A program made the translations under genes and the position numbers. The notes below the pieces were generated by a model, which saw only the letters and a program-made list of their open reading frames with translations, had not been told where the DNA came from and did no database searches. From a virus (lineage: Duplodnaviria > Caudoviricetes), in the IMG/VR virus record IMGVR_UViG_3300044472_000006, positions 1 through 44,994 of that record: 44,994 nucleotides of DNA. The stretch is one strand, 5' to 3'. Below, in pieces: positions 24,695-33,769 of the stretch. Every line of letters begins with the position of its first letter. The stretch's first letter is position 1.

Positions 24695-25002
24695 ACTATC
24701 TAAACTTCGGAAAGAGAATAGCTCAGCGTTCACCGAATAACTTTAAGCATTCAACTATTATTCTTCGCGGCGGAAAGGTTGTCTCATATGGCTATAATCA
24801 TGATGATATACATGCCGAACAAAATGCATTGTCAAAGCTGTGGCCGAATAAGAGAAAAGGTACGACTGTTCTTAACTTCCGTATTGGCCGCCGTGGTAAC
24901 TTACTTAACTCTAAGCCTTGTGAATTTTGTTTAGAGTTAATCCGCAAGTCAAAAGTGGCAAAGATCATCTATAGTACAGAAAATGGATTTGAGGAACTAT
25001 GA
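24691..25002 (+). CDS. Zn-dependent cytidine/dCMP-deaminase-fold protein
   Basis: H.....GG...S.GYN, HAE, SKPCxxC, I.YST. Confidence 0.88.
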   Translation: MNYLNFGKRIAQRSPNNFKHSTIILRGGKVVSYGYNHDDIHAEQNALSKLWPNKRKGTTVLNFRIGRRGNLLNSKPCEFCLELIRKSKVAKIIYSTENGFEEL

Positions 25003-25274
25003 GTGAAATAATCAGAGAAGTTGATGAGTCCAATAAACCTTTTCCAGATAAACACTTAGAATTAGGGCTTCGAGTTGATGAGGCAGCAGAGCAACTTGAT
25101 AAAAGTTTATACCAGTTATTCGAGGCTTGTAAAGCTTTATTAAACTCAGATAGTTATAGCTCTAGTCAAGCTCTAGAGAGTGTTAAGCAGTCAACTTTAG
25201 CTAGTAGACTAAATGAGTCAATCTTAGCTCAGACTACAGTACAGTGGCTAAATTCTAGGAGGAGAAGTGGATAA
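24999..25274 (+). CDS. Hypothetical protein
   Basis: GAGG RBS; ATGA overlap. Confidence 0.6.
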   Translation: MSEIIREVDESNKPFPDKHLELGLRVDEAAEQLDKSLYQLFEACKALLNSDSYSSSQALESVKQSTLASRLNESILAQTTVQWLNSRRRSG

Positions 25275-25455
25275 AGAATTCTCACGACCAATCTTAGATT
25301 TTGGTCCTTTTAAAGGAAAGCCAGTTCCTATTGACCAGGCTTCGACATCTACTCTTCAATATATAATTGACAATTATGCTCTTCCCAGCGATCTACATAC
25401 TCAGATTGAGAATCAATTAGTTCTCAGGAAATTGATTGAGGAAGTTGATGCTTAA
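25267..25455 (+). CDS. DUF3820-like small protein (divergent copy)
   Basis: LDFGPFKGKPV.I......LQYI. Confidence 0.55.
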   Translation: MDKEFSRPILDFGPFKGKPVPIDQASTSTLQYIIDNYALPSDLHTQIENQLVLRKLIEEVDA

Positions 25456-25627
25456 GATCGAGATAATGCCGTTCGGAAAATACAAAGGCGAACGAATCGA
25501 GAATATTCCTACAGATTATCTTGAATGGGCATTGGGAGAATGGAACTGGGAAGATCGAAGGATTCTCTACGAAGAGTTTGCTAATCAATTAGCTCTAAGG
25601 CGAGGAGAAGGAGTTAAAAGAGAATGA
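25448..25627 (+). CDS. DUF3820-like small protein
   Basis: MPFGKYKGERIENIPTDYLEW. Confidence 0.75.
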   Translation: MLKIEIMPFGKYKGERIENIPTDYLEWALGEWNWEDRRILYEEFANQLALRRGEGVKRE

Positions 25628-25715
25628 AGAAAGAAAAATGTACAGTTAAAGACTGTAAGAGAATTTTTTGGACTCGATCAAAATCTCCTATTTGTTGGAA
25701 ACACCGACAGACTAA

Positions 25716-26879
25716 ATGACAACTTTTCTCGACGACTTGCTCGATATGACAAGTGAGTTTGAGACTCCAGAAAACTATATCTATTGGAGCGGTCTTTGTG
25801 CAATATCGGCGGTCGTTGGAAGAAAGATATGGCTTGACAAATTCGGTTATAAGCTCTATCCAAATATTTACGTTCTCCTTGTCGGAGACTCAGGACTTCG
25901 AAAGAGCTTCGCGAACTCTATTGCAGAAAAACTAGTAGAACCTTTACATGTCACTCGAATTATTGGAGGAAGAAATTCAATTCAGTCGATCGTTAGTGAA
26001 ATGGCAAAAGCGACAACATTTGAAAACGGCGGGCCGCCGCTGTTAGATTCCTGGGCCTTCCTTAACTCCGGAGAGTTTATCAATCTAATCTTAGAAGATC
26101 CTCAAGGTATCTCGATTTTAACTCAATTATATGATGCCAATTACAATCAGAAATGGACGAATACTCTCAAATCTTCTGGACGAGAGATTCTTAAGAACCC
26201 ATACGTCACATTACTCGGTGCTTCAAACGAAACTCTACTTAATCAGGCATTACCCAAAGAAAGTGTTACAGGCGGTTTTGTCGCAAGAACAATCTTTGTC
26301 CATGAAAGCAAGCGACGTCTACTTAATTCGCTTATGGATGCGCCGGCTAGAGCTATTGACTATAGCAAACTCTCTGAATATCTTCGAGCCATTTCCACCC
26401 TTAACGGACCATTCAAAATTGAGGACGCGGCAAAGAAATTCTACAAAGAATGGTATCATGAATTCTATGCGAAAAAACACGAAGATAAAACGGGCTATAC
26501 GGATAGAATGAATGATTCTGTTCTAAAGGTCGCTATCCTTTTATCTCTAAACGAAGATTTAGATTTAACAGTTAAGCAAAGGCACCTAGAAAAAGCTCTA
26601 GGCTCCTGTATACAATCCGGAAAAGCTGTAGTTAGAAACTCTGCCGCGGCTGGAAAATCTGAGTTGGCAGAGAAAACTAGAATAGTCCTTTACGATCTAA
26701 TTAAGAATGATGAAATCGCTCGAATCAAATTTCTACAAGCTCATTACGGTGATATTGATTCAATTGAATTTGATCGAGTAATTGACAATCTTATTCAATC
26801 AAATGCAATTGATGTATCAAGGAGAGAGAAGGAGTCGTATTATAAATTAAAGCCAGAGATTAAGGAGAGATATCTTTGA
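25716..26879 (+). CDS. DUF3987/YfjI-like P-loop ATPase (putative replicative helicase) with C-terminal winged-helix-like tail
   Basis: ETP..Y..W, YPN.YV.LVG.SG.RKS, LT.LYD, GG..AR..FV. Confidence 0.75.
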   Translation: MTTFLDDLLDMTSEFETPENYIYWSGLCAISAVVGRKIWLDKFGYKLYPNIYVLLVGDSGLRKSFANSIAEKLVEPLHVTRIIGGRNSIQSIVSEMAKATTFENGGPPLLDSWAFLNSGEFINLILEDPQGISILTQLYDANYNQKWTNTLKSSGREILKNPYVTLLGASNETLLNQALPKESVTGGFVARTIFVHESKRRLLNSLMDAPARAIDYSKLSEYLRAISTLNGPFKIEDAAKKFYKEWYHEFYAKKHEDKTGYTDRMNDSVLKVAILLSLNEDLDLTVKQRHLEKALGSCIQSGKAVVRNSAAAGKSELAEKTRIVLYDLIKNDEIARIKFLQAHYGDIDSIEFDRVIDNLIQSNAIDVSRREKESYYKLKPEIKERYL

Positions 26880-27109
26880 AACGAGTATTCGAGTACAAGG
26901 ATTTCTGTCCTCAAGGTCATCCGTATGATGAACAGAATACATATATCTATAAAGGGAATAGACGATGTAAACGCTGTAATTTAGATCGATTCCTTAGACG
27001 CCAGAGAGCTAAGGATGCTCAGAAGAGAATCGACAGACGAATAAAAGAAATTGAGGAAACTAAAGCTCAATTACGAGCGATGGGAGTAAAAATAGATGAT
27101 GTTTCTTGA
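26876..27109 (+). CDS. Stand-alone CPxGH...RxCxxC zinc module (usually appended to phage HNH nucleases) plus coiled coil
   Basis: CPQGHPYDEQNTYIYKGNRRCKRC. Confidence 0.7.
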   Translation: MKRVFEYKDFCPQGHPYDEQNTYIYKGNRRCKRCNLDRFLRRQRAKDAQKRIDRRIKEIEETKAQLRAMGVKIDDVS

Positions 27110-27305
27110 GTTTCATAATCGTCAAGGGTATGTAATCAAGCTTAATATTGGAGCTGTAATTGCATTTCTTCAACAAGAAGAGGAAACTGTAGTAATTTGT
27201 ACAGGAGATGTTCGAATTATGATTAAAGAGTCAGTAGAGGAAGTTACTAAGATTATTGATCGAATGATTTTCTCAATGAATGCTCAGGCAGGAATTAGAC
27301 GATGA
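27096..27305 (+). CDS. Hypothetical protein (FlbD-like pattern)
   Basis: I.LN...V......T.I......I..KESVEEV. Confidence 0.55.
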   Translation: MMFLEFHNRQGYVIKLNIGAVIAFLQQEEETVVICTGDVRIMIKESVEEVTKIIDRMIFSMNAQAGIRR

Positions 27306-27511
27306 ATGAACTGTATCAAATCGATGATGAATTCGGAGTAGGAGGAGTAGTCGTCCAAGATGATTTTGTAGTGGACGCTCCTCCTTACTACCGATTCTTG
27401 ATTGCAAAGAAATTCTCGGACTGGTTAAAAAGACGTCCAAAATATATTAAGGTAACGCAAATCCTTTCATCTTCCGCCGCCGACCTCTCATTTCGAATCG
27501 TTCAAAAGTAG
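27302..27511 (+). CDS. Hypothetical protein, last rightward gene
   Basis: GG.VV....VV.APP; overlaps the converging gene. Confidence 0.55.
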   Translation: MNELYQIDDEFGVGGVVVQDDFVVDAPPYYRFLIAKKFSDWLKRRPKYIKVTQILSSSAADLSFRIVQK

Positions 27512-27665
27512 GAGATTCACTTTTCTCATGCTCAGGAGACTCAGTCTCAGATTCATTCGCTCCTTCTCTCATAGCAATTTTCTGCTCTCGAGGATTAAGT
27601 CTTCTCTTACCTCGAACCTTTTCAATACTAGAAGCAAGATTTTTAATCGAACCAAAATTATTCAT
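27447..27665 (-). CDS. Small charged protein ending RRRKMKGFALP
   Basis: ATGA-coupled to the upstream gene; shared C-terminal motif. Confidence 0.7.
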   Translation of the reverse strand: MNNFGSIKNLASSIEKVRGKRRLNPREQKIAMREGANESETESPEHEKSESPTFERFEMRGRRRKMKGFALP

Positions 27666-27847
27666 AGTGCCATTCCCTTCATCTTTTTCTTCCTTCTAAT
27701 ATCTATATTATGTTTAGCTTCCGCCGCTGCACCTTTAGCGGTCTCCTTATTCCCATGCATATAACCAAGCTTATTCATCGTTCCATAGATTGCACCAGGA
27801 TTATCACCGTACTCTTTTTTAAGTTTCTCTTCTAAGAATTTAGGCAT
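27662..27847 (-). CDS. Small basic protein ending RRKKKMKGMAL
   Basis: MPKFLE.KLK.EYG...IYGTMNK.GYM.G.KET.KG. Confidence 0.75.
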   Translation of the reverse strand: MPKFLEEKLKKEYGDNPGAIYGTMNKLGYMHGNKETAKGAAAEAKHNIDIRRKKKMKGMAL

Positions 27848-27849
27848 GG

Positions 27850-28044
27850 CTAGAGTCCCATTCCCTTCATTTTCTTTTTTCGTCGTAGTTTTCCTAGGGT
27901 CAATGCAAGCCTCGATCTCTGTCCAACTTTTCCAGAACTGTGTTTATGCTCTTCAGCAAATTCATATGTAGATTTACCAGCTGTTTTAGCTGAAGCTGTA
28001 AGAGCACCTTTATGTTTGATAGCACCTTGAATCCAGTTAGACAT
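27850..28044 (-). CDS. Small basic protein ending RRKKKMKGMGL
   Basis: WIQGAIKH.GAL...R.RLA.TL; GAGG RBS. Confidence 0.75.
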   Translation of the reverse strand: MSNWIQGAIKHKGALTASAKTAGKSTYEFAEEHKHSSGKVGQRSRLALTLGKLRRKKKMKGMGL

Positions 28045-28050
28045 GATTCC

Positions 28051-28410
28051 TCACTTAGAAACGGCTGTACCAACAGTTACACTAATAGAAGCAATCTGTC
28101 TAGCTACTCTAAATTTTAAATCATTATGAAGAGTACCAGCGCTGACAGTAATAATAGTTTCGCCCTCGGCTTGAGCAATTACCCAGCATCTATTAGAGTC
28201 GGTAGTATCAATTACTGTTGTTACAATCGCAGAGTTTCCAGTACTACAGGAAATTCCGCCTGGAATAGGCATAACACCGCCGGTATTATCATAAGCTACA
28301 ACATCCACAGGACTCTTTTGAGCGGGGGTTAAACTAAATGCAGCTTCCGGCGGCTGAGCAAATAAAACAGACGCTGTTAAAATAATGACAAAAAGAACAA
28401 ATTTTTTCAT
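28051..28410 (-). CDS. Secreted Ig-like protein
   Basis: Signal peptide MKKFVLFVIILTASVLFA; AYD..G, S.GN..I.T and A..EG.T.ITV Ig-like pattern. Confidence 0.7.
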   Translation of the reverse strand: MKKFVLFVIILTASVLFAQPPEAAFSLTPAQKSPVDVVAYDNTGGVMPIPGGISCSTGNSAIVTTVIDTTDSNRCWVIAQAEGETIITVSAGTLHNDLKFRVARQIASISVTVGTAVSK

Positions 28411-31400
28411 CGAACAGAAGCCCTAAATCCTTTCTTTTTCTTGGGTTCCTCAGAAAATCTCGGTTCTCCTTCATATTGGAAAGACTCTCCGAGAAGTCCA
28501 GGTAAATATGTCGCTAACGAACCAATAGGACCTAGTTCTGATAGTTCTTTCAATGGATCAGTTACACTCATTGGCTCTAACATTCCTAATGCCTTTGAAG
28601 GCACTTCAGGAAGATCAGCGAGATCAGATAGGCCGGAGGTTTCCATCTGTGCATACTTACCCGGAGCACCCATCTTATAAATATCAGCCCAAGGAGGAGC
28701 GATTCGACCAGATCCAGTATCAGGATTGAACCAAAGATTAGTATAGTTCTTAGGACCAGTAACTAATTTACCTTTACCAGATCGTCTTCCTATGTAAGTC
28801 TGAATGAGTCTTACAACATCAGGAGTAGCCGAACCAAAAGGAGCCCAAGTTAGTTTACCAAATCGAGCTTTTAAGAATCGAGGAGAATTTGGATCTAAGT
28901 CAGCCTCTGCTCCTAGCATTTGACTTGCACCTAAAAGAGCCACGCCCGTTCCAACAAGAGCACCAGCCTGACGGAGGTATTCTTTGCGAACATTTGCAGG
29001 CATTTCGCTTCTCGGGTCAAGTAACGCTTGCACAGTTTTCCCAAATTGTTGGTACTTTGATAAAGAAAATCGAGTTGACCAAAGAACATTGTTCAGGAAT
29101 GGAATTGCACGTTCACCTTTTGTACCAAGAGAGCCCCGTCCAGTTGTCAGATTTGCAAGCTGTGCCGCTGCTTCATAATTAGATTTATTCTCAGGACTCA
29201 TCTCTCCAAGATTCTTTGTAAGATTATCGAAAAGATGGGCTCTCATTAAATTCACATACACTTGTGAAGATCGTTCAGCCGCGGCAACGCCTTTTCCTAG
29301 GATTGGAATTTTAGGAGCATAATAAGATCCATGAATTTCAGCCGACGGGTCGAAACCAGAACCGATAAATTTTCCTCCAGCCTCTTCAAACAAAGAAGGC
29401 TTAACTTGTCCGTTTTCAATCCGAGGCTTAAATTTTGGATGATTCAAAAGCGATAATTCAATTTCTCTGGCTTTCTCAGGCGAGAAAAACGATTCGACGC
29501 TTTTCTTCAACATTCCAGCAGCTTCAATCGGATGGGCTAATGTCGCCGATCGAGCTTGTCTTAATGGAACGCCGATGTCAAGAGATGATTTTATCGATCG
29601 AAAGAATCCAGCAGCTTCTGCGAGATAGTCTCCTAAAGACTCAGGCTTTTTTGGACCGACTTGAGATTGACGAACAAAATTATTGGCGATATCGTCGATA
29701 GGACTTTTACCTTCTCGTTCTTTTGCTTGTTCAGTTTCAATTTTTCGTTGAAGAGCATCAGCCTCAGCTTGTTGTCTTACCTGAGGTTTAATTTTATCCG
29801 CTTTTGCAGCAGCTAGTTCTTCGCCTTGTTGACCTTTAAGAATCTGATTCTGAAGTTTTAGTTTCTCTCGCTCGGAACGAAGTTCGGCTGCTTTCTCATC
29901 TCTGCCATTTTTAATCTCTTCGGCCTCCATTGCTCTTAGGATTTTATCTTGTAAAGCAATTCTATCTCTAGTAGGCTGATCACGAATTTCTTCTCCCGCC
30001 TGCCCTTTTCCTACAGCATCAGCGATCTTAACAGTATCTCTAAATTCAGATTGTCTCTGTCTCTCTTGAGCATGAGCCTGATCTGGATTAAGAATTTGAT
30101 CTGGAGTTAAAGCTTCGTCCGTCGGCGATTCACTAATAATTTCTCCAGTTTGTTTATCAATCCGAGCTGGTTTCTCTGGAAGCGGCTCAACTTGAATCGG
30201 CGGCTCATTCTCATTTGTCTTCCCCTCCCCCAAGAGCTTCTCAATCTCAGAGGTAAGGTCATGATATCCTCCTTCTTCTCCTAGAGTTCTCTTCGCTTGA
30301 GCAGAAGTAGGAATGGATTCACCGAAAGACAAATCTCGATGCTGAACAGTAGTCTCTTCTCCAGAAGCTTTTCTGATACGAACTACATTCCCAGATCGTT
30401 TAATAATCTGAACTGGCTCTCCTTGATATTTAACTTCCATTCGGGAGAGATCTTCTTCTGGAGTCTTTCCCTTCTGTCTCTCAAGAATTGACTTCCATCT
30501 CTCTCCGAGATTAGCTTGTTCTTCAGGAGTCAAAGTCTTCTTTCCAAATATTTTATTCTTAACAGTTTCGATCTCGTTCGCTCTGGCTTCTAATTCATCT
30601 CTAGAAGGACGAGTTTCTTCCAGATCCCACATGCCTCTTTCCCTAACCATATCTCTTAGAGGAGTGGTACTTCTTAATTCTCGATATAATTTTATTAAAG
30701 CCTCTCTATCCCTTCCAGCAAATCCAGTAGAGTATTCATGAGGAGTTTCAGTTCCTCGATAGAGAGCGGATTTAGTAGCTTCATGAGGAGTTTCGAAACT
30801 AAAGTCCGCCGCCGTTTCTTCGGGTAGCAGATTACCTTCAGAATCTACATAAGCTCCTTCAAGATTATATCCGTAATCTTTAGCAGGATATCGTTCTCTC
30901 TTCGGAGGACCTTGACCTAAGTCTTCAGCAAATTCAGAAGAAGCTCCTCGAGCTTTTCTTTCAGCTACTGCATAGCCGTGAGGTTTCTCAGCTTCAGTAC
31001 CATGAGTTTTTTCATGAGCGATTTTATCTGCAATAGACTGTACAAATTCTTCAGGAGAAGCAGACTCTTTAGCAATATTACGAAGGTTTAAGTAAATCTT
31101 ACCCCTAATATTTTTAGCCCTAGCTCTCGGATCAGCTGTAAAACCTTCAAGCTTCGCACCAGTCTCTTCACCCGTCGCATATTTAGCCGCATCCTCAGCG
31201 GTAACATCAAAATATTTAGAAATAGCTCTAGCAGTTTCTAATGATTCCGGCGAGAGATTTCTATACGCATCTTGATCTTCAGTATTTTCAAATTTAATAG
31301 GTTGTTGAAATTCAAGATCAGTTACATCAGGAGTCTGAGCAGATTTAGTTTTCTCAGCTTTTAGGGCTGATTCGATTTCAGTTTTCGATGGCGGCAGACG

Positions 31401-32114
31401 ACTTCCCGAAACCTGAACTCCTTCGGGTTTAGCTTCTGGTAGATAGTCTTTAGCTAGTCCGACTCCACCTAATGTTCCTAAAGTTAAGTCTCCAAGAGCT
31501 TGAACAGCCTCTTCAGGATCTCTCTCTTCAATAGCTTTCTTTCCATGTCCATAAGCATTACCAAGAGCCATTCCTGTAAAGCCAGTTTTGACAGCTTGAC
31601 CTGCAATCGGAACTTCTTCCAGTCCTCCAAGACCAACATAGGTTAAAGGATCAAGTCCCATTCTGCCAGCGAATTTAGCAGATCCGCGGCCGATATCTCT
31701 AGATACTGACGGCGGCTCACCTTGGATAGATTTTGGCTCAGTTTGTTCAATTGGTCCACCGCCGAAAGGATTAGCTCTCGATTCAGTCTTTAATACATCC
31801 GAGAGAGGAAGAGTATATTCTTTTTTAGTTCCAAACAAAGCATTAGCTAACATTTCATCAGGAGAGGCTTCGTCAGAAACTGGAAGTCCTAATGCTCTAG
31901 CACCAGCTCTAGAAAGACCACCGATACCTTTATTATATGCTAGTCCAAGAAGATGTAAGGTAGGATCAATTACGTCCTCTTTAGCTACATCTCCGATTGT
32001 AGAGAGAACTCCTTTATTCTCTAAAAGATCTCTCTGAGCAATATTAGTCTCAGGATCTATATCCTCTAGATCCTCGAGAAGATAGTTTCTCTTACGAGGA
32101 ATGAAGCTAGCCAA
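28407..32114 (-). CDS. Large internal virion/ejection (polyvalent-type) protein with HEXXH motif
   Basis: 1235 aa, last large gene of the core-protein block; IYLN...IAHEKTH zincin-like motif; charged helical linkers. Confidence 0.7.
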   Translation of the reverse strand: MASFIPRKRNYLLEDLEDIDPETNIAQRDLLENKGVLSTIGDVAKEDVIDPTLHLLGLAYNKGIGGLSRAGARALGLPVSDEASPDEMLANALFGTKKEYTLPLSDVLKTESRANPFGGGPIEQTEPKSIQGEPPSVSRDIGRGSAKFAGRMGLDPLTYVGLGGLEEVPIAGQAVKTGFTGMALGNAYGHGKKAIEERDPEEAVQALGDLTLGTLGGVGLAKDYLPEAKPEGVQVSGSRLPPSKTEIESALKAEKTKSAQTPDVTDLEFQQPIKFENTEDQDAYRNLSPESLETARAISKYFDVTAEDAAKYATGEETGAKLEGFTADPRARAKNIRGKIYLNLRNIAKESASPEEFVQSIADKIAHEKTHGTEAEKPHGYAVAERKARGASSEFAEDLGQGPPKRERYPAKDYGYNLEGAYVDSEGNLLPEETAADFSFETPHEATKSALYRGTETPHEYSTGFAGRDREALIKLYRELRSTTPLRDMVRERGMWDLEETRPSRDELEARANEIETVKNKIFGKKTLTPEEQANLGERWKSILERQKGKTPEEDLSRMEVKYQGEPVQIIKRSGNVVRIRKASGEETTVQHRDLSFGESIPTSAQAKRTLGEEGGYHDLTSEIEKLLGEGKTNENEPPIQVEPLPEKPARIDKQTGEIISESPTDEALTPDQILNPDQAHAQERQRQSEFRDTVKIADAVGKGQAGEEIRDQPTRDRIALQDKILRAMEAEEIKNGRDEKAAELRSEREKLKLQNQILKGQQGEELAAAKADKIKPQVRQQAEADALQRKIETEQAKEREGKSPIDDIANNFVRQSQVGPKKPESLGDYLAEAAGFFRSIKSSLDIGVPLRQARSATLAHPIEAAGMLKKSVESFFSPEKAREIELSLLNHPKFKPRIENGQVKPSLFEEAGGKFIGSGFDPSAEIHGSYYAPKIPILGKGVAAAERSSQVYVNLMRAHLFDNLTKNLGEMSPENKSNYEAAAQLANLTTGRGSLGTKGERAIPFLNNVLWSTRFSLSKYQQFGKTVQALLDPRSEMPANVRKEYLRQAGALVGTGVALLGASQMLGAEADLDPNSPRFLKARFGKLTWAPFGSATPDVVRLIQTYIGRRSGKGKLVTGPKNYTNLWFNPDTGSGRIAPPWADIYKMGAPGKYAQMETSGLSDLADLPEVPSKALGMLEPMSVTDPLKELSELGPIGSLATYLPGLLGESFQYEGEPRFSEEPKKKKGFRASVR

Positions 32115-32157
32115 GGAAATTCCTCATTTGAAATTTACGATAAGGTTCCATTTCTTC

Positions 32158-32358
32158 TTACTGTTCTTGTTCAGGATTACCAGATAGTCCTCTTAGACCA
32201 GCTAAAAGGATTGGATTAGGTCCTCCTGAATCTTCTCCAGTAGGAGGAGTATCTCCACCTTCTGATAATGGCTGACCTTCAATTCCATAATGTCCTTCAA
32301 AATTATCAGGCTGACCACCGTACATAGATTTAAGTTTATTAAAGAAATTACCAAGCAT
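32158..32358 (-). CDS. Small Gly/Pro-rich hypothetical protein
   Basis: ORF track; packing. Confidence 0.5.
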   Translation of the reverse strand: MLGNFFNKLKSMYGGQPDNFEGHYGIEGQPLSEGGDTPPTGEDSGGPNPILLAGLRGLSGNPEQEQ

Positions 32359-32360
32359 AA

Positions 32361-32744
32361 TTATCTTCCAAAGGCAGCATATTTAGCTCCCATTGCCGCC
32401 GCAAGAATATTCTTTAAACTAGGACTCGAAGTAGTTTCATCCATCTTAAAAGAATCACCGGCGATAGGAGCAATAACATTATTCATTAGACCAGGAGATA
32501 ATTTGGCAGCTTCATAGCCTCCGGCGATGAGAGGCGCTCCGATAAGATTTGTATATTTAGCAATAGGATTAGATTCGCCCGCAAATTGAGCGAATCTATC
32601 ATATGGAGCTAATTCTTCCTGAGAAGAAGGAAGATCAGAAGAGACAGTTCCAGGAGTCTCTCCGCGAGCAACTCCTACATCTGATTGAAGTTTATTAGGA
32701 TCATTACCACGACGCTTTAACGCTTCTAGAAATTCGGCCATCAT
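32361..32744 (-). CDS. Hypothetical virion-associated protein
   Basis: ORF track; ATGA overlap. Confidence 0.65.
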   Translation of the reverse strand: MMAEFLEALKRRGNDPNKLQSDVGVARGETPGTVSSDLPSSQEELAPYDRFAQFAGESNPIAKYTNLIGAPLIAGGYEAAKLSPGLMNNVIAPIAGDSFKMDETTSSPSLKNILAAAMGAKYAAFGR

Positions 32745-33769
32745 CGGTCAATCTCTTCTTCCTCTGTTTCTACCGATCCAGGGATATTAGTATCTATTGG
32801 AAGAGAGAAATTATTACGAGTCATCTTCATTAGCTCTTGTGCTCGAGAATTTACTTTAGTGAGAAAATCTTTAAGAGCCTGTCTATCTTCAGGTTTCAAT
32901 GGCTGCTCAGTATTTTTAGTTCCGAATAAAGTACCCTGAGGAGCAGTCTTAGTTTGTTTTAGTCGATAGTTACCTTTACCATCATCCTCAAGATACTGAC
33001 GAAATCCGGGTTCAGAAGTTAATACATTCTCAACAGCTTGTTTACGAACTTGCATTGGATTATTATATACAGGTTTGTCAGTCATTCGAGGACGATTAGC
33101 GTTAGTTTCTGCCGCCGCGGCTCTAGTCTCGGCGGCTCCAGCTAATCTAGCTGCTGTCTCTTCCATCATTCTCTCATGTCGTTCACGCTCTACATCTCGC
33201 TTAGTCTGACTAAGATTGTCAGCTTTTCGATCAGCATCAATTGAAGCTTGTCTATCATTCGCAGCTTTTTCTAAAGCAAAATGATGTCGTCCGTATTCAT
33301 CTGCTCTCTTAGATTTAAGAACTTCATCCATTTGAGTATTATAATAACGACGTTGAGAAGAAACGTCTCTTTCTTCGATATCTGCTAACTCTTTAGCAGT
33401 ATCCGTCTTAAGTCTCCAATCCTGTCTAGCTTCATTTAATTTATGATTAGATGCATTTTCAGTAAGTTTAGGCTCTTGAGCTAATCCTCCAGCTAACGCA
33501 ATAGCTAATCCTTGCCATTTACTGGGTTTAAGTTTCTCTCTATTTGGAAAATCGCTAGCCAATTGAAGGAATCTATCTCTTAAAGGATGAGGAGCATCAG
33601 GAGGAGTATCAGTTAAAACATCTCCTTGATCTTCTCCTACATTCTGATCAATTTGATAAGATGCATTCTCATCTGGTTCTAGTCCAGCGCTGGCAGCAGC
33701 TCGATCGTTGTAAGGGATAAAAATTCGACGATTTCGACTATAGTTTGGAAAATTAAATGAGCTACCCAC
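32741..33769 (-). CDS. Putative ejection/internal virion protein
   Basis: Short hydrophobic segment followed by a charged coiled coil; position in the core block. Confidence 0.6.
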   Translation of the reverse strand: MGSSFNFPNYSRNRRIFIPYNDRAAASAGLEPDENASYQIDQNVGEDQGDVLTDTPPDAPHPLRDRFLQLASDFPNREKLKPSKWQGLAIALAGGLAQEPKLTENASNHKLNEARQDWRLKTDTAKELADIEERDVSSQRRYYNTQMDEVLKSKRADEYGRHHFALEKAANDRQASIDADRKADNLSQTKRDVERERHERMMEETAARLAGAAETRAAAAETNANRPRMTDKPVYNNPMQVRKQAVENVLTSEPGFRQYLEDDGKGNYRLKQTKTAPQGTLFGTKNTEQPLKPEDRQALKDFLTKVNSRAQELMKMTRNNFSLPIDTNIPGSVETEEEEIDR

